Origin: Mobula hypostoma
Lineage: Eukaryota
Direction of reading: 5' to 3'
DNA length: 64,000 nt
NCBI RefSeq assembly: GCF_963921235.1
Contig: NC_086107.1
Span: 99,760,001-99,824,000, forward strand
The stretch's first letter is position 1. The number at the start of each line of letters is the position of its first letter. The notes under the pieces are model-generated. The model saw nothing but the letters and a program-made list of their open reading frames with translations. It ran no database searches and was not told where the DNA came from. Position numbers and translations under genes: made by a program. This document shows, piece after piece, positions 1 through 11,418 of this stretch.

Positions 1-1259
1 GCAGTAACGACAGCAGCGAACGGGCGTTTCAGAAATTTCTCCAGATGTTCCTCTGTGCTTTCACGTCCGTCTCCAACAAATCAGAATTTTCCACGGCCCC
101 TATGTAACGGATATGGTATCATTTTCACCGGAGGGCTGCGCACGCAGTCAATGAAATGTCAAATGGAAGTCTAAGCACTGAGTTACGATGGTAATCCATC
201 GTCATTGGATTTCGATGGACAACCGAAGATCAGGACGGAACAAACTGGGTAGAATCATGGGACATCAGTTGGGGAAAAGTGGATCAATTTTCATTGCTTA
301 GATGGTGGGGAGAATTTGCCATAATTGCCATAAACCAATTTCTGGCAGGATCAATAAAACATATCTGCTATGAATTTGCTATAATTTCTCCCTGAGGGGA
401 TGAAGGAGACGGGTCAAGATCTCCCCCCATCACGAGAGACAGAGGGAGTTCCCACCTTCTCCCCATCCCAAAAATTGCGTGATTTATAAATTGGTAGCAG
501 AGCAAGATCTTAAACTTGTACCACACTCTGTTCTAATCGGCCTTCCGTCTTTTACCTCCAGATGATTGAACATTATTGCCCAGAATAAATCCTACTTTTT
601 ATATAGTTGACGTGAAGTATCTCATGACTTGTTTCTCATTACGTAAAAATCATTCAGTTTAATTGATATTATCCATTTCCAAAACTGTTTGCTCATTTCA
701 ACATTTGCATATTTCCAGCAATTCACCAATCATTGAGTGAAAACGGAAAAGGCTTTGAATGGCTTATTCTATTGCCAATTTACACGCAAGTAGCATCACC
801 GATATTTAATGGGACACTAACCTCACCTTTTTTGTGATTGTCTTCTGGTGACAGCTCTGACCAGCTGAATGGCGAGACCCTGTGGTGTGCGGATCAGCTG
901 ATGTCAAATGTTGCTGAGCTAGTTAAGCAATACACTAAACTTTAGACCCCAACCCGCGTTCCGTGGACCCCTTGCTTAATGGTATTGGCCCATGGCTTTA
1001 GAAAGGTTGGGAACCCCTGCGAGCGCAGGCGAACTGATGTCTTGCTGTCATTCGGAAACTCCTTGCCGAGTTTCGGCAGCGATTGTAGGTCCACTCTCGC
1101 CTAAGCTGGGCAGGAGTAGACCACCCGGTCACTCAAGTGGGCTCAACCATTGACTATGATCATCTCAGCTCGTCTTCTGTGTCAGTTTCCATAACCCTCA
1201 ATTGCCTAAAACAAAACTTCAGTGACTGACTCTCCATTGTCTGGAGTACTGTATAGGAT

Positions 1260-1497
1260 TACAATAGACAATAGGTGCAGGAGTAGGCCATTCAGCCCTT
1301 CGAGCCAGCACCGCCATTCACTGTGATCATGGCTGATCATCCACAATCAGTACCCTTTTCCTGCCTTCTCCCCATATCCCTTCACTCTGCTATCTTTAAG
1401 AGCTCTATCTCTTTTTTGAAAAAATCCAGAGAATTGGCCTCCACTGCCTTCTGGGGCAGAGCATTCCACAGAACCACAACCCTCTGTGTGAAAAAGT
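1260..1497 (-). mobile_element. CR1 3' end
   Basis: FFTQRVVVLWNALPQKAVEANSL on the minus strand. (ctattgt)n tail. Confidence 0.75.
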
Positions 1498-2724
1498 GAT
1501 TACGGTGATTTCCCACCGGCCGTAGGAAGAAGTTGTTAAGTACCTCATATTGTAAATAGCCGGCTGCTAGTGTAGTGCCAGGCGCACCGGCGAGTGGGAG
1601 CGGTCCCGGGTTTGAATCCCGCCGGCTCCCTGCACGCTTTCCACACGCACTAGGTTCCGCGTCGAGCTACAGACAACAGGCAAAGGAAACGGCGCGGGTA
1701 GGACCACCACAAATAATCATTTGTAAATAACCGCCTCCTCACCTTGTAACTAAATCCCATCACATTCAAAGAGCACTTTGACAGCAGAACATATAGTAAC
1801 ATTTTTATTTTTTAAGAAAATACAAATTCACAGAAGCAACGTATTGATTTAAAAAAAAAGCAGTAAGATTTTTTTTGCTGAAGAAGACATCTTTCAGCAC
1901 CCAATCAATCACCATACATATTTAATTCTTCCGCCACCCTCACAGCACGGCAGTTTTACTGTGGCGTGAACAACAATCTCAGTGCCTTAGTAAGTGTTTT
2001 AAAAGTGCAATTTAACAAATGAACATGTCTCAGCTGCTGATTGTGTGAAATTTGGGATTAAAGATAATTTGACAACAGGAAAGGAAAGAAGATCAAAAGG
2101 CAATGAAAACTCACGGTCAGTTATTACAGTTGGATTTACATTCACTGAAATGGCGGCGGAGGCGGACTTGCAAAAGGGAACTGAACAAATAATGGAATTG
2201 GAACAATGTGCACATATCTACCTGTAGTCAACCAGGAGACTAGCTCTGTCACATAGCCACCATGAACACATTGCCCTTGCAGATGCTGTGACAGTGCAGG
2301 ATGGATGAGTTATAACAGCAGTGATGCCCCCACTGAATGAGAACCACCACCCTTTAACTGAAGAGAGAAACTCTCCTTGTGCTACCACACCACTACCTTT
2401 AAAGGTCTTTGACCCGAGGAGGTACTTCAGGACCAAGCACACTGATAGCTCTTCAGTTGCATGTAAACCAAACCAGGTAAGGACTAGATAGGTTTCCTCC
2501 CCAAATGCTCATTAGTGAATCTGAAGGATTAAATGACAATTCAATAGTTTTATGGCCATCATGACTAATTCCAAACATCTGTTTGAGTTTTCCTTAATTA
2601 CTGTTTATTTCTTACTTGAAGTTTTCAGTGGCCACTGTGAAATTGGATCTTGCACGATTGGCTGAAGAGCCTGATTCTATACACCTGGATCAATAGTCCA
2701 AGCCCCCAGTCGCTAATCTGGTAA

Positions 2725-3075
2725 CATGGACAGAGTGGATGTGGCAAAGTTGTTTCCCATGATGGGGGAGTCTAGTATGAGAGGGCATGGCTTAAGGATT
2801 CAAGGGCGCCCATTCAGAACAGAAATGCAAAGAAAATTTTTTAGTCAGAGGGTGGTGAGTCTATGGAATTTGTTGCCACGGGCAGCAGTGGAGGCCAAGT
2901 CACTGGGTGTATTTAAGGCAGAGATTGATAGGTATCTGAGTAGCCAGGGCATCAAAGGTTATGGTGAGAAGGCGGGGGAGTGGGACTAAATAGGAGAATG
3001 GATCAGCTCATGATAAAATGGCAGAGCAGACTCGATGGGCCAAATGGCCTACTTCTGCTCCTTTGTCTTATGGTC
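2725..3075 (+). mobile_element. CR1 3' end
   Basis: RGHGLRIQGRPFRTEMQRKFFSQRVVSLWNLLP. tcttatgg tail. Confidence 0.85.
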
Positions 3076-5914
3076 ACTACGTTAACTACCGAGAGCAGGT
3101 GGCGATCACTCAGGCCCCAGCTGACTGCCACTTAGTACAATCACAGCTGAACTTCCGCAATATTTTCCTCACCGAACCCCTCCATTCTTTGAAAGTCTCA
3201 CAGTCCGTCAACAGCAGCCTTAAATATTTTCAATAACTGAGACATCTGCAGTTCCCCAAGGTTAAAAAAAATCCAAAGTTCTTTCAGTAAATGTATTTCT
3301 CAGCTCATTCAAGAAGGTTCAAGGTTCACAAAATCCCAAAGATTGGCACCACTTCTCGACTGTCCAACAGATGAATCAATATCATGCAGTTACTGTTCAA
3401 ATTCCTGGACTAGCAGCCAAGGTCTGGAACTTTGATCTAGAGACTCCAGTTAGAATCCAACCACATTAGCTGGGGAGGGAAGGGAAGGGTTTAAACTGTC
3501 ATTAAATAAATGGGGAATTAAAATGGCTAGTTTCTGTAGTGGGAATGTGAAATAACCAGAGTGGTATAAAACCCTAGCCTACATGTGACCTCAGACTACC
3601 AAAACAATTGACCTCAGGCCTTAGTTCAGGGGTATTGACGGTTGGATAATTCCCAGTATTGCCAATGCTGTGAACAAGTTAAAAAGAAAAGCCCTCTCTG
3701 AACATTACATTGCACTAAATTGCCTTTGCTTCATGGGTATGCAAGTTCAATCCTCCCTCCATCAGCAGCCCTTTCCCATGGAAATCAAGGAGCTTGGATT
3801 CACTTGTGTAATGCTAAGTGTTGATGTCCTTGGGAATGACGACCATAACCAAAATGGTGGCTCCAGCACAGTCTCACCAATGCGATGTAGCCTAGCTCCT
3901 ACCACAATAAATACTGAAGAGGAAAAGCTGTAGCTAAACCCAAGATAAAATGACATGGATGAATGGGGGATGGGGGGAGGCGTCTAATAAGCTGTCAATT
4001 TTAATGTGGAGCAGAGATTTCCCAAATCTTTAGTGCACCATTGGACCAATACGCTGTTCCCAACTCGGTGAGAATACCAGATGGGAATCATGCACACACT
4101 CAGTGAAGATCTCCAACTCCCCATTGCAGCAGTGTAGATTTCCAGAACCTACGTTAAGGCCTGGGGGTGGAATGCCCCCGGCCAGAGCTGCTCTCTGAAT
4201 ACAACACGAATACCATGGGGAGCTATTGCAAATAAAAAGATAGCAACAAATCCCAAATCCTGGAGCACAGTCCCAACCACTAGGTTGAAGTGGATAGAGG
4301 GGCACAGGAGGACATACAGGAATAAAAAAAAATAACAAGGAAAATGGCAGCTCAACTGAGAGCCTACAACTAGTATCGTAGACCAAGTTCGTGGCCAACT
4401 TCTCTGGCAAAGATAAACTAAGGTGAGACATAATATTTGTAAGTATGCAGGTCTCAGAGGCAGACATTGGAAGATGAATCCAAAATTGATGGTTATAAAC
4501 ACCAAAAATAAAATGAGGAACTGAGAAGGAACGAAACTTCCCCAGACAGAAGTGGAGTGGTGGAACTTGAAAGTACGTGGGCAGGGAGTAATGAAGACCT
4601 TGCGTTTAACAGCAACCAGAATTACATGAATGAAGTGAAGGTTTTGCGCACAGTGTTAAAAGAGTTCGAGTGGGAGGTACCGTACCCGGTGGTGACTCTG
4701 CCTCCAGCAAGACTAGCTGTTCCTGTGCTGAGAATGCTCACCCAGAGTATTCAAGGGCTGGAGTGCTTCACTCTGCCACATTTTAACTATTAGAAATGCA
4801 AACTTCTCGGTTTTTATCGATTTGTTCCAGGAGTGTGGATGTGTGGAAACACAGCACCATTTATTACCCATCACCAAGTGCTCCTGAACCGAGGGGTTAT
4901 GAGTTAACCACTTAGGTGTCACGCTCCGGCTGTGCCGGGTAAGAAGAGCAGATTTCCTCTCTGGACATCACTAATGTACCAGGTGGGTTTGTATAACAGC
5001 TCAGTGGCATTACCGTCACTGTCAATGATATTAATTCAAAAACCAATGGATCCTGATGAAAGACCTCAGCTTGAAAAGTCAACTCCATAGATACTGCCTA
5101 ACCCCTCTGAGTTCCTCCAGTATTTTGTGCGTATTGTTCTGATTTCCAGCATCTGCAGAATCTCTTATGGTAAAAATCAATATTTATTTATTTTGTTGAA
5201 CTTAAGTTCCCAAGCTGCCACCGTAGGATATGAACTCGTAGCTCAAGCTCAATGTTGCAGAGGTCTGGCTGCCAATCCAGTAATTTGACCATGAGGCTAC
5301 TGTCCTCTGGAATCTATTACCAAGTTTAGTTTCACTACTCGAGGGGCTTAGTTTTTCAAAGGTACAGTCCTGTTGACACAGGCTGACTATAATATTCCAG
5401 TGGAATCAGGATATCTGGTTTTGAGTGATCAGAAGATCCTTGTTAATAAATTGCATGCTGTTAAAGAACAAATATCATTCCATCCCAATTTTAACATGTT
5501 AAATGCTTCACCTACCATCCAGGATGAAGGATGAAGCAGCCTGCTTGATAAGAGCCCTATTATAGGTCTATGTCTGGAGACCGATCCATGTTGGGCTGAA
5601 CAGCCTGCAACAGTGCTGCACACTTTTACCTGAGAGAATGGACAGTCAATGGCCAAGACATCCACACTGACTGTTTAACCCCTAGAGTACCAGAAACACC
5701 ATAATTGAAGGAAAACTACATTAAAAAATAGACCATCAAGAGCCAACAGGATAAGTAATCCCTTCAGAATTTCCCACCTAAGCATAAAATATGCCCAATT
5801 TTCAATGAAATGCACAAAGAGTTAAAGACCAGATCCTCAACAGCGGTTAATGCTGTTTCATGGCGGCCAAGTACAGGCCTTGGGCCTCCTGTTGCCATGG
5901 TGATGGAGGCTCCT

Positions 5915-6073
5915 TCACAGCAGTAGTGGGTAGTCTCTGGGCCTTCTGTTTGGTTTGAACTGGTCTTCTGGATACACGTAGAGCATTACCACTCCGCTTG
6001 GGTTGATAGTGACAGTGAACTTGGTGTCAAGCTGCAGGCCGTGCTGGACGCGACCTGTGTACACGTCCTGTGC
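5915..6073 (-). CDS. NAGA: NAGA last coding exon
   Basis: [56 protein letters not shown] and INPSGVVM are GH27 C-terminal motifs. Acceptor tag. Joined CDS is 1263 nt = 420 aa + stop with no frameshift. Confidence 0.94.
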   Translation of the reverse strand, partial: AQDVYTGRVQHGLQLDTKFTVTINPSGVVMLYVYPEDQFKPNRRPRDYPLLL

Positions 6074-6437
6074 CTAAACATGGAGGAGACAAAACACGAC
6101 AGATCAGGGCAACACAAACTGGAGGCGGTGCTTAAAGCTGTTCATTAGGCCCTGCTGAGGGAAAGAAATGTTTTCTAAAAACAGAAATAAAGTCTTGCAT
6201 CAGTATTTTTAATCAAATGTCCCAAAGCAGCAGAGATACCCAGGTTCGATCCTGACCTCTGGCACAGTCTGTCTGGAGTTTACACAATCACCCTGGGTTC
6301 CCCTAGGTGCTATGGTTTTATCCCACACCCCAAAGATGTGAGGGTTGATAAGGTAATCAGCCACTGTAAGCTGCCCCGTGTGTAGGTGAGGGGAAGAATC
6401 TGGGGGAATGTGAGGAGCAGACAGGGCTAGTGCAAGT

Positions 6438-6517
6438 CAGGGGTTCCCAACTTTTTTTAATGCCATGGAGGCTTACTGTTAATGGAGAAGTCCATGGTCC
6501 CCAGGCTGGGAATCACA
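6438..6517. mobile_element. Short (~80 bp) hAT-like MITE
   Basis: caggggttcccaac-type ends. Related copies at ~948-1019, ~22365-22417 and ~60742-60805. Confidence 0.55.
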
Positions 6518-6759
6518 TGTAAATGGTGATTGATAGTGGGCCACAAGGCCTGTTTCCAGCCATTCAATGACAGGTTAAGATTGATGAAGTATTTAAGAAT
6601 GTAGTGAATGAATCTAACAAGATCAATGACTTGGAACATTTTATTAATCAATGCCTTCCTTACCACCAACTCAAACTACAAGTTAACCTTTCGGAAATCC
6701 TGCACTAGGGCCCCCAAATACCCTGCACCTCTGAATTTTAAATTCACTCCCCTTTTAGA

Positions 6760-7920
6760 AATAGTTTATGCCTTTATTCCTTCATTCGAAGTGCTGGACC
6801 ATACACTTCCCCACTCTGTATTTGATCTGCCAAGTCTACGCCCATTTTCCTTATCTATCCAAGTTCCTCCGTAACCGTTTCCTCAATACTACCTGCCAAT
6901 CACTGAAGTCAAGCTAACTGGCTTATAATTTTCTGTTTTTGCCTCCCTCCCAGAGTGGAGTGACATTTGGCATTCCTCCAGAATCATTTTACAATCTAGT
7001 GATTCTTGAATGATCAGTACTAATGCTGCCACAATCTCTTCAGCTACCTCAGTGGGGTGTAGTACATCTGGTTCAGGTGACATATCTACTGTCAGACCTT
7101 TCAGCTTTCCAAGCACTTTCTTCTTAGTAACAGTACCTACACTCACTTCTGACTCCTGACATTCTTGAATTTCTGACATGCTACTGGTGTCTTTCGCATT
7201 GCAGACTGATGCAAAATACTTAATTCAGCTCATCCACCATTTCTTTGTCCCTCATCGCTGTCTCTCCAGCAACATCTTCCAATGGTCCAATGTCCATTCT
7301 TGTGTCTCTTTCACTTATCAGAGAAAAAAAACTTTTGGTATCATCTTTTATATTTGGCTAGCTTACCTTTACCTTTCACCTGTTTTCATCATTTCTCTCC
7401 TTATTGCTTTTTAGCTGTTTTCTGCTGGTTTTAAAATGCTTCCCAATCTTATATCTTCCTAGTTGTATCATATGCTACACGCACAACACGCTGGAGGAGC
7501 TCAGCAGTTCGGGCAGCATCCGTGGAAACGCATAGTCAATGGTTCGGGCTGAGACGTTGACTGTTCATTTCCACGGATGCTGCCCGACCTGCTGAGTTCC
7601 TCCAGCGTGTTGCTTTGACCCCAGCATCTGCAGAATGTTTTGTGTTTATGTATCATATGCTCTCTCTTTTGCTTCTGTGCTGTCTTGTCAGCCACGTTTG
7701 TCTCATGTTCTCTTTAGAATGCTAATTCTTTGGGAAGAACTGATCCTCTGTCTTCTAAATTACTCCCGGAAACTCCAGCCATCGCTGCTATACTGTCATT
7801 CCTGTCAAGTGTCCCCTTCCAATCAACTTTGGCCGGCTCCTCTCTCATGCTTCTGTGCTTCCCTTTACTCTACTGTCAGACCAATACATCTGATTTTAGC
7901 TTCTCCCTCTCAAACCGTTG
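6760..7920 (-). mobile_element. Decayed CR1 ORF2 fragments
   Basis: VLGKLKGLTVDMSPEPD, NYKPVSLTSV. Similar to 34700-35280. Confidence 0.7.
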
Positions 7921-8246
7921 AGTGAATTCCCAAACAAACTTCATCCCATTCTTGAGCACCGGAGGTGGTGTGGTACAGCATCCAAGCTGGTGTCGGTGCT
8001 GCCCCCCGGTGTTCATGTGGCAGAAGACTGCAGATTTCTGCAGTGTTCATAGATTCAGGGTCTCAGGCTATATATATTTTTCGTGTGGCTGCATTTTACT
8101 GATATTTTATGTATCTTATATGTGCTATACGTGTCTTAGGCTGTGTGTGACTGTTACTGTGTTTTGTACCTTGGCCCTGGAGTAAATTGTTTTGTTTGGC
8201 TGCATTCATGGGTATTCATGTATGGTTGAGTGACTATTAAACTTGA

Positions 8247-9094
8247 CTGTCTATATATTTCAGGTTAATAAAAAGGATTTAGAAAAGGTCAAGCTACATC
8301 ATATGAAAGTGTTGAATAAATGGCCTCCAAGTCTCTTCAAATTTAACCAAAGGATCAAAAGTGACACTTCTGATTTTTTCTAAATTTAAACAAGATATAG
8401 TTTGGGAAAACCATTGAAATATAGTAGGGGGATTGATCTCTTTCCACTGCAATAAAATGGATCTTCTAGCCATTAATGTAACAAATGCAATCATCCAACG
8501 AGCTGAAGAGGTTAATTAACTATGTTCCGTCATTGGTAAACCAAAAATTGTGGTAATAGGATGAGGTTGTAAATCAATACACAAAATTGTTGAAATAATA
8601 TCAAAGATATCTTTCCAAAATTTTTTCAAAAGAGGGCAAGACCAAAGCATATGAGTCAAAGAAGCTAATTCAGAATGATATCTGACACAAACAGGATTTA
8701 TATGAGAGTAAAAACGAGCTGGTTTATCTTTAGACACGTGGGCCCTCTGTACCACCTTTTCCGAATCCCTTTTATTAACCTAAAATATATGGACAGAGGA
8801 GCGGAGTTAATGACATTAATGATTGTATTCAATGTAATATAATACATTTGCTTTGTTTAGTTCGGTTTTTGGTTCAGTTTAGTTTAGTTTCTTTTATTTT
8901 GGGTTTTTTTTCTTGATATTTTTTCATTTTTCTTTTTATCATGTTTAATTATATTAAGAGTTTGGGAGGCCCAATATACTTGTATTATCTGTAATTTTTA
9001 CTTGCATATGTCAATTACCAATAATGTAACCCCAATCTCTTTGTATTAGTATTGTTGCTATGTTTATGAATTTGAAAATTAATAAAAAGATTAA
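8247..9094. mobile_element. 5'-inverted, truncated L1-clade LINE whose tail is split by the CR1
   Basis: 8283-8756 antisense ORF2 end (THMLWSCP...FIQHFHMM*). 8757-9092 sense T-rich 3' UTR ending aataaaaagatt. Remaining A-tail at 18056-18062. 15-bp TSD gactattaaacttga at 8232-8246 and 18063-18077. Confidence 0.75.
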
Positions 9095-10770
9095 CAGAGT
9101 GGGTGACGTAGTAGCGGACGACAGAGTAGGGAGGCTTTGGCTCGAGAGGCTTCGGCGAGCAGAGGCTGAGGACGAGCCTGCTCCCAGTGAGGCAAGGCCA
9201 GGTAAGTTCTTTTATTTACTCTAATTAACTTAGGGAAGGAGGGAAAAGAGGAGAGCAGTAGTGATAGGGGATTCGATAGTTAGGGGGACAGATAAGAGGT
9301 TCTGTGGGAGAGATCAAGAATCCCGGATAGTCTGTTGCCTCCCTGGTGCCAGGGTCCGTGATATCTCAGATCAGGTTCTCAGTATTCTCAGGAAGGAGGG
9401 TGAGCAGCCAGATGTCGTGGTCCATGTGGGGACCAATGACATGGATAGGAAGAAGGAGGAGGTCCTGCAAAGAGAATTTAGGGAGTTAGGTGCAAAGTTG
9501 AAGGACAGGACCTCCAGGGTTGCAATCTCAGGATTGCTACCCATGCCACGTGCTAGTGAGGCTAGAAATAGGAAGATAATGCAGCTAAATATGTGGCTAA
9601 GGAGTTGGTGCAGGAGGGAGGGCTTCATTTTCTGGACAATTGGGCCTTGTTCCAGGGAAGGTGGGACCTGTTCCAACGGGACGGGTTGCACCTGAACTGG
9701 AGGGGGACTAACATCCTTGCGGGAAAGTTTCCTAGTGCTGCTCCGAGGGGTTTAAACTAGATTTGCAGGGGGAGGGGAACCAGAGTGTTAGAGCAGATAG
9801 TGAGATGGAGGAGGATAAAGGTCATGAGAGAACTGCAAGTATAGTGCATGGAGTAAAGCCAGATCTAACATATAAAGAGGCTTTGAGGAAAGGGAAACAG
9901 AATAAAGGGTGTAAAGGTAGTAAGGTAGAAGGGCTAGAGTGCGTGTACTTCAATGCAAGAAGCATCAAGAACAAGGTGATGAACTGAGAGCTTGGATACA
10001 TACATGGAATTATGATGTAGTGGCCATTACAGAGACTTGGCTGACACCAGGGCAGGAATGGATTCACAATATTCCTGGATTTCAGTGCTTTAAAAGGGAT
10101 AGAGAGGGAGGAAAAAGGGGAGGAGGGGTGGCATTACTGGTCAGGGATACTATTACAGCTACAGAAAGGGTGGGTAATGTAGCAGGATCCTCTTTTGAGT
10201 CAGTATGGGTGGAAGTCAGGAACAGGAAGGGAGCAGTTACTCTATTGGGAGTATTCTATAGGCACCCTGGTAGCAGCAGAGATACAGAGGAGCAGATTGG
10301 AAGGCAGATTTTGGAAAAGTGCAAAAATAACAGGGTTGTTATCATGAGTGACTTTAACTTCCCTAATATTGATTGGCACCTGATTAGTTCCAATGGTTTA
10401 GACGGGACAGAGTTTGTTAAGTGTGTCCAGGACGGATTCCTGTCACAGTATGTTGACAGGAAAACTAGCAGGAATGCCATACTAGATCTAGTATTAGGTA
10501 ACGAACCAGGTCAGGTCACAGATCTCTCAGTGGGTGAGCATCTGGGGACAGTGACCACCGCTCCCTGGCCTTTTCCATTAACATGGAAAAGGACAGAGTC
10601 AGAGAGGACGGGACAATTTTTAATTGGGGAAGGGCAAATTATGAGGCTGTAAGGCTAGAACTTGCAGGTGTGAATTGGGACAATGTTTTTGCAGGGAAAT
10701 GTATTAAGGACATGTGGTCGATGTTTAGGGATCTCTTGCAGGATGTTAGGGATAAATTTGTCCTGGTGAA

Positions 10771-11147
10771 TGTAGCCTCCACGGCCACCCTCAGGGTCGC
10801 TCGGCTTGCTGTCGTCTAGGGAAACAGCCTCGGCCCCGGCAAACTGGGTAATTCGTTTGTGTGGATGCTGTGGGAGGTACCCACCCTGCCCAGCACCTCG
10901 TCCATCCTCTGTCTCACTCTCCCGCCTTCTGCTCCAAAACCCCGCGCATACAGTATCTTCAAATACACCAAAACCATAACTATCCCAATTGGTTAATAGC
11001 ACTCTTATCACACTCAAACAAAAACAAGCCGCTAGTGCAAACTTTCACAACGTTTAACACAACAAAGCCGCATTCCCCAGATTAACATAACAAAGACGCC
11101 ATTTTAATTAGCCTCCGCAGTAACATAAAAGTCGAAACCCCCTTACA
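10771..11147 (-). repeat. 3' LTR (377 bp)
   Basis: Direct repeat of 13855-14238. Preceded on the minus strand by the purine tract GGGGGGAGAG (11148-11157). Confidence 0.93.
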
Positions 11148-11418
11148 CTCTCCCCCCACCAAATAAAGTCATGTCCCTCATGACTTCTAAGTAACTCGCC
11201 AACCAGTCCCGCAGACACACAACACACACATACACAGATACACACAGTGACAGTGCTCCCCAAACAGTGGACCTTACTCCCGTCCCATGGGCGCTACATA
11301 GGCCAACCTATCTGGGAGCTTCTTAACCCTCCGAGACCTCCGTGCCCCCTCACCTAAACCCAAAAGGCTCAGACACTACTAGGGATACCTCGGGCCTGCT
11401 TGCCAATTCCTCTCTCAC

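Noticed and set aside
1800..5914. Defined NAGA polyadenylation site
   Set aside because: Several minus-strand AATAAA candidates exist (e.g. ~5183-5192 and ~1804-1809) and cannot be distinguished without transcript data.
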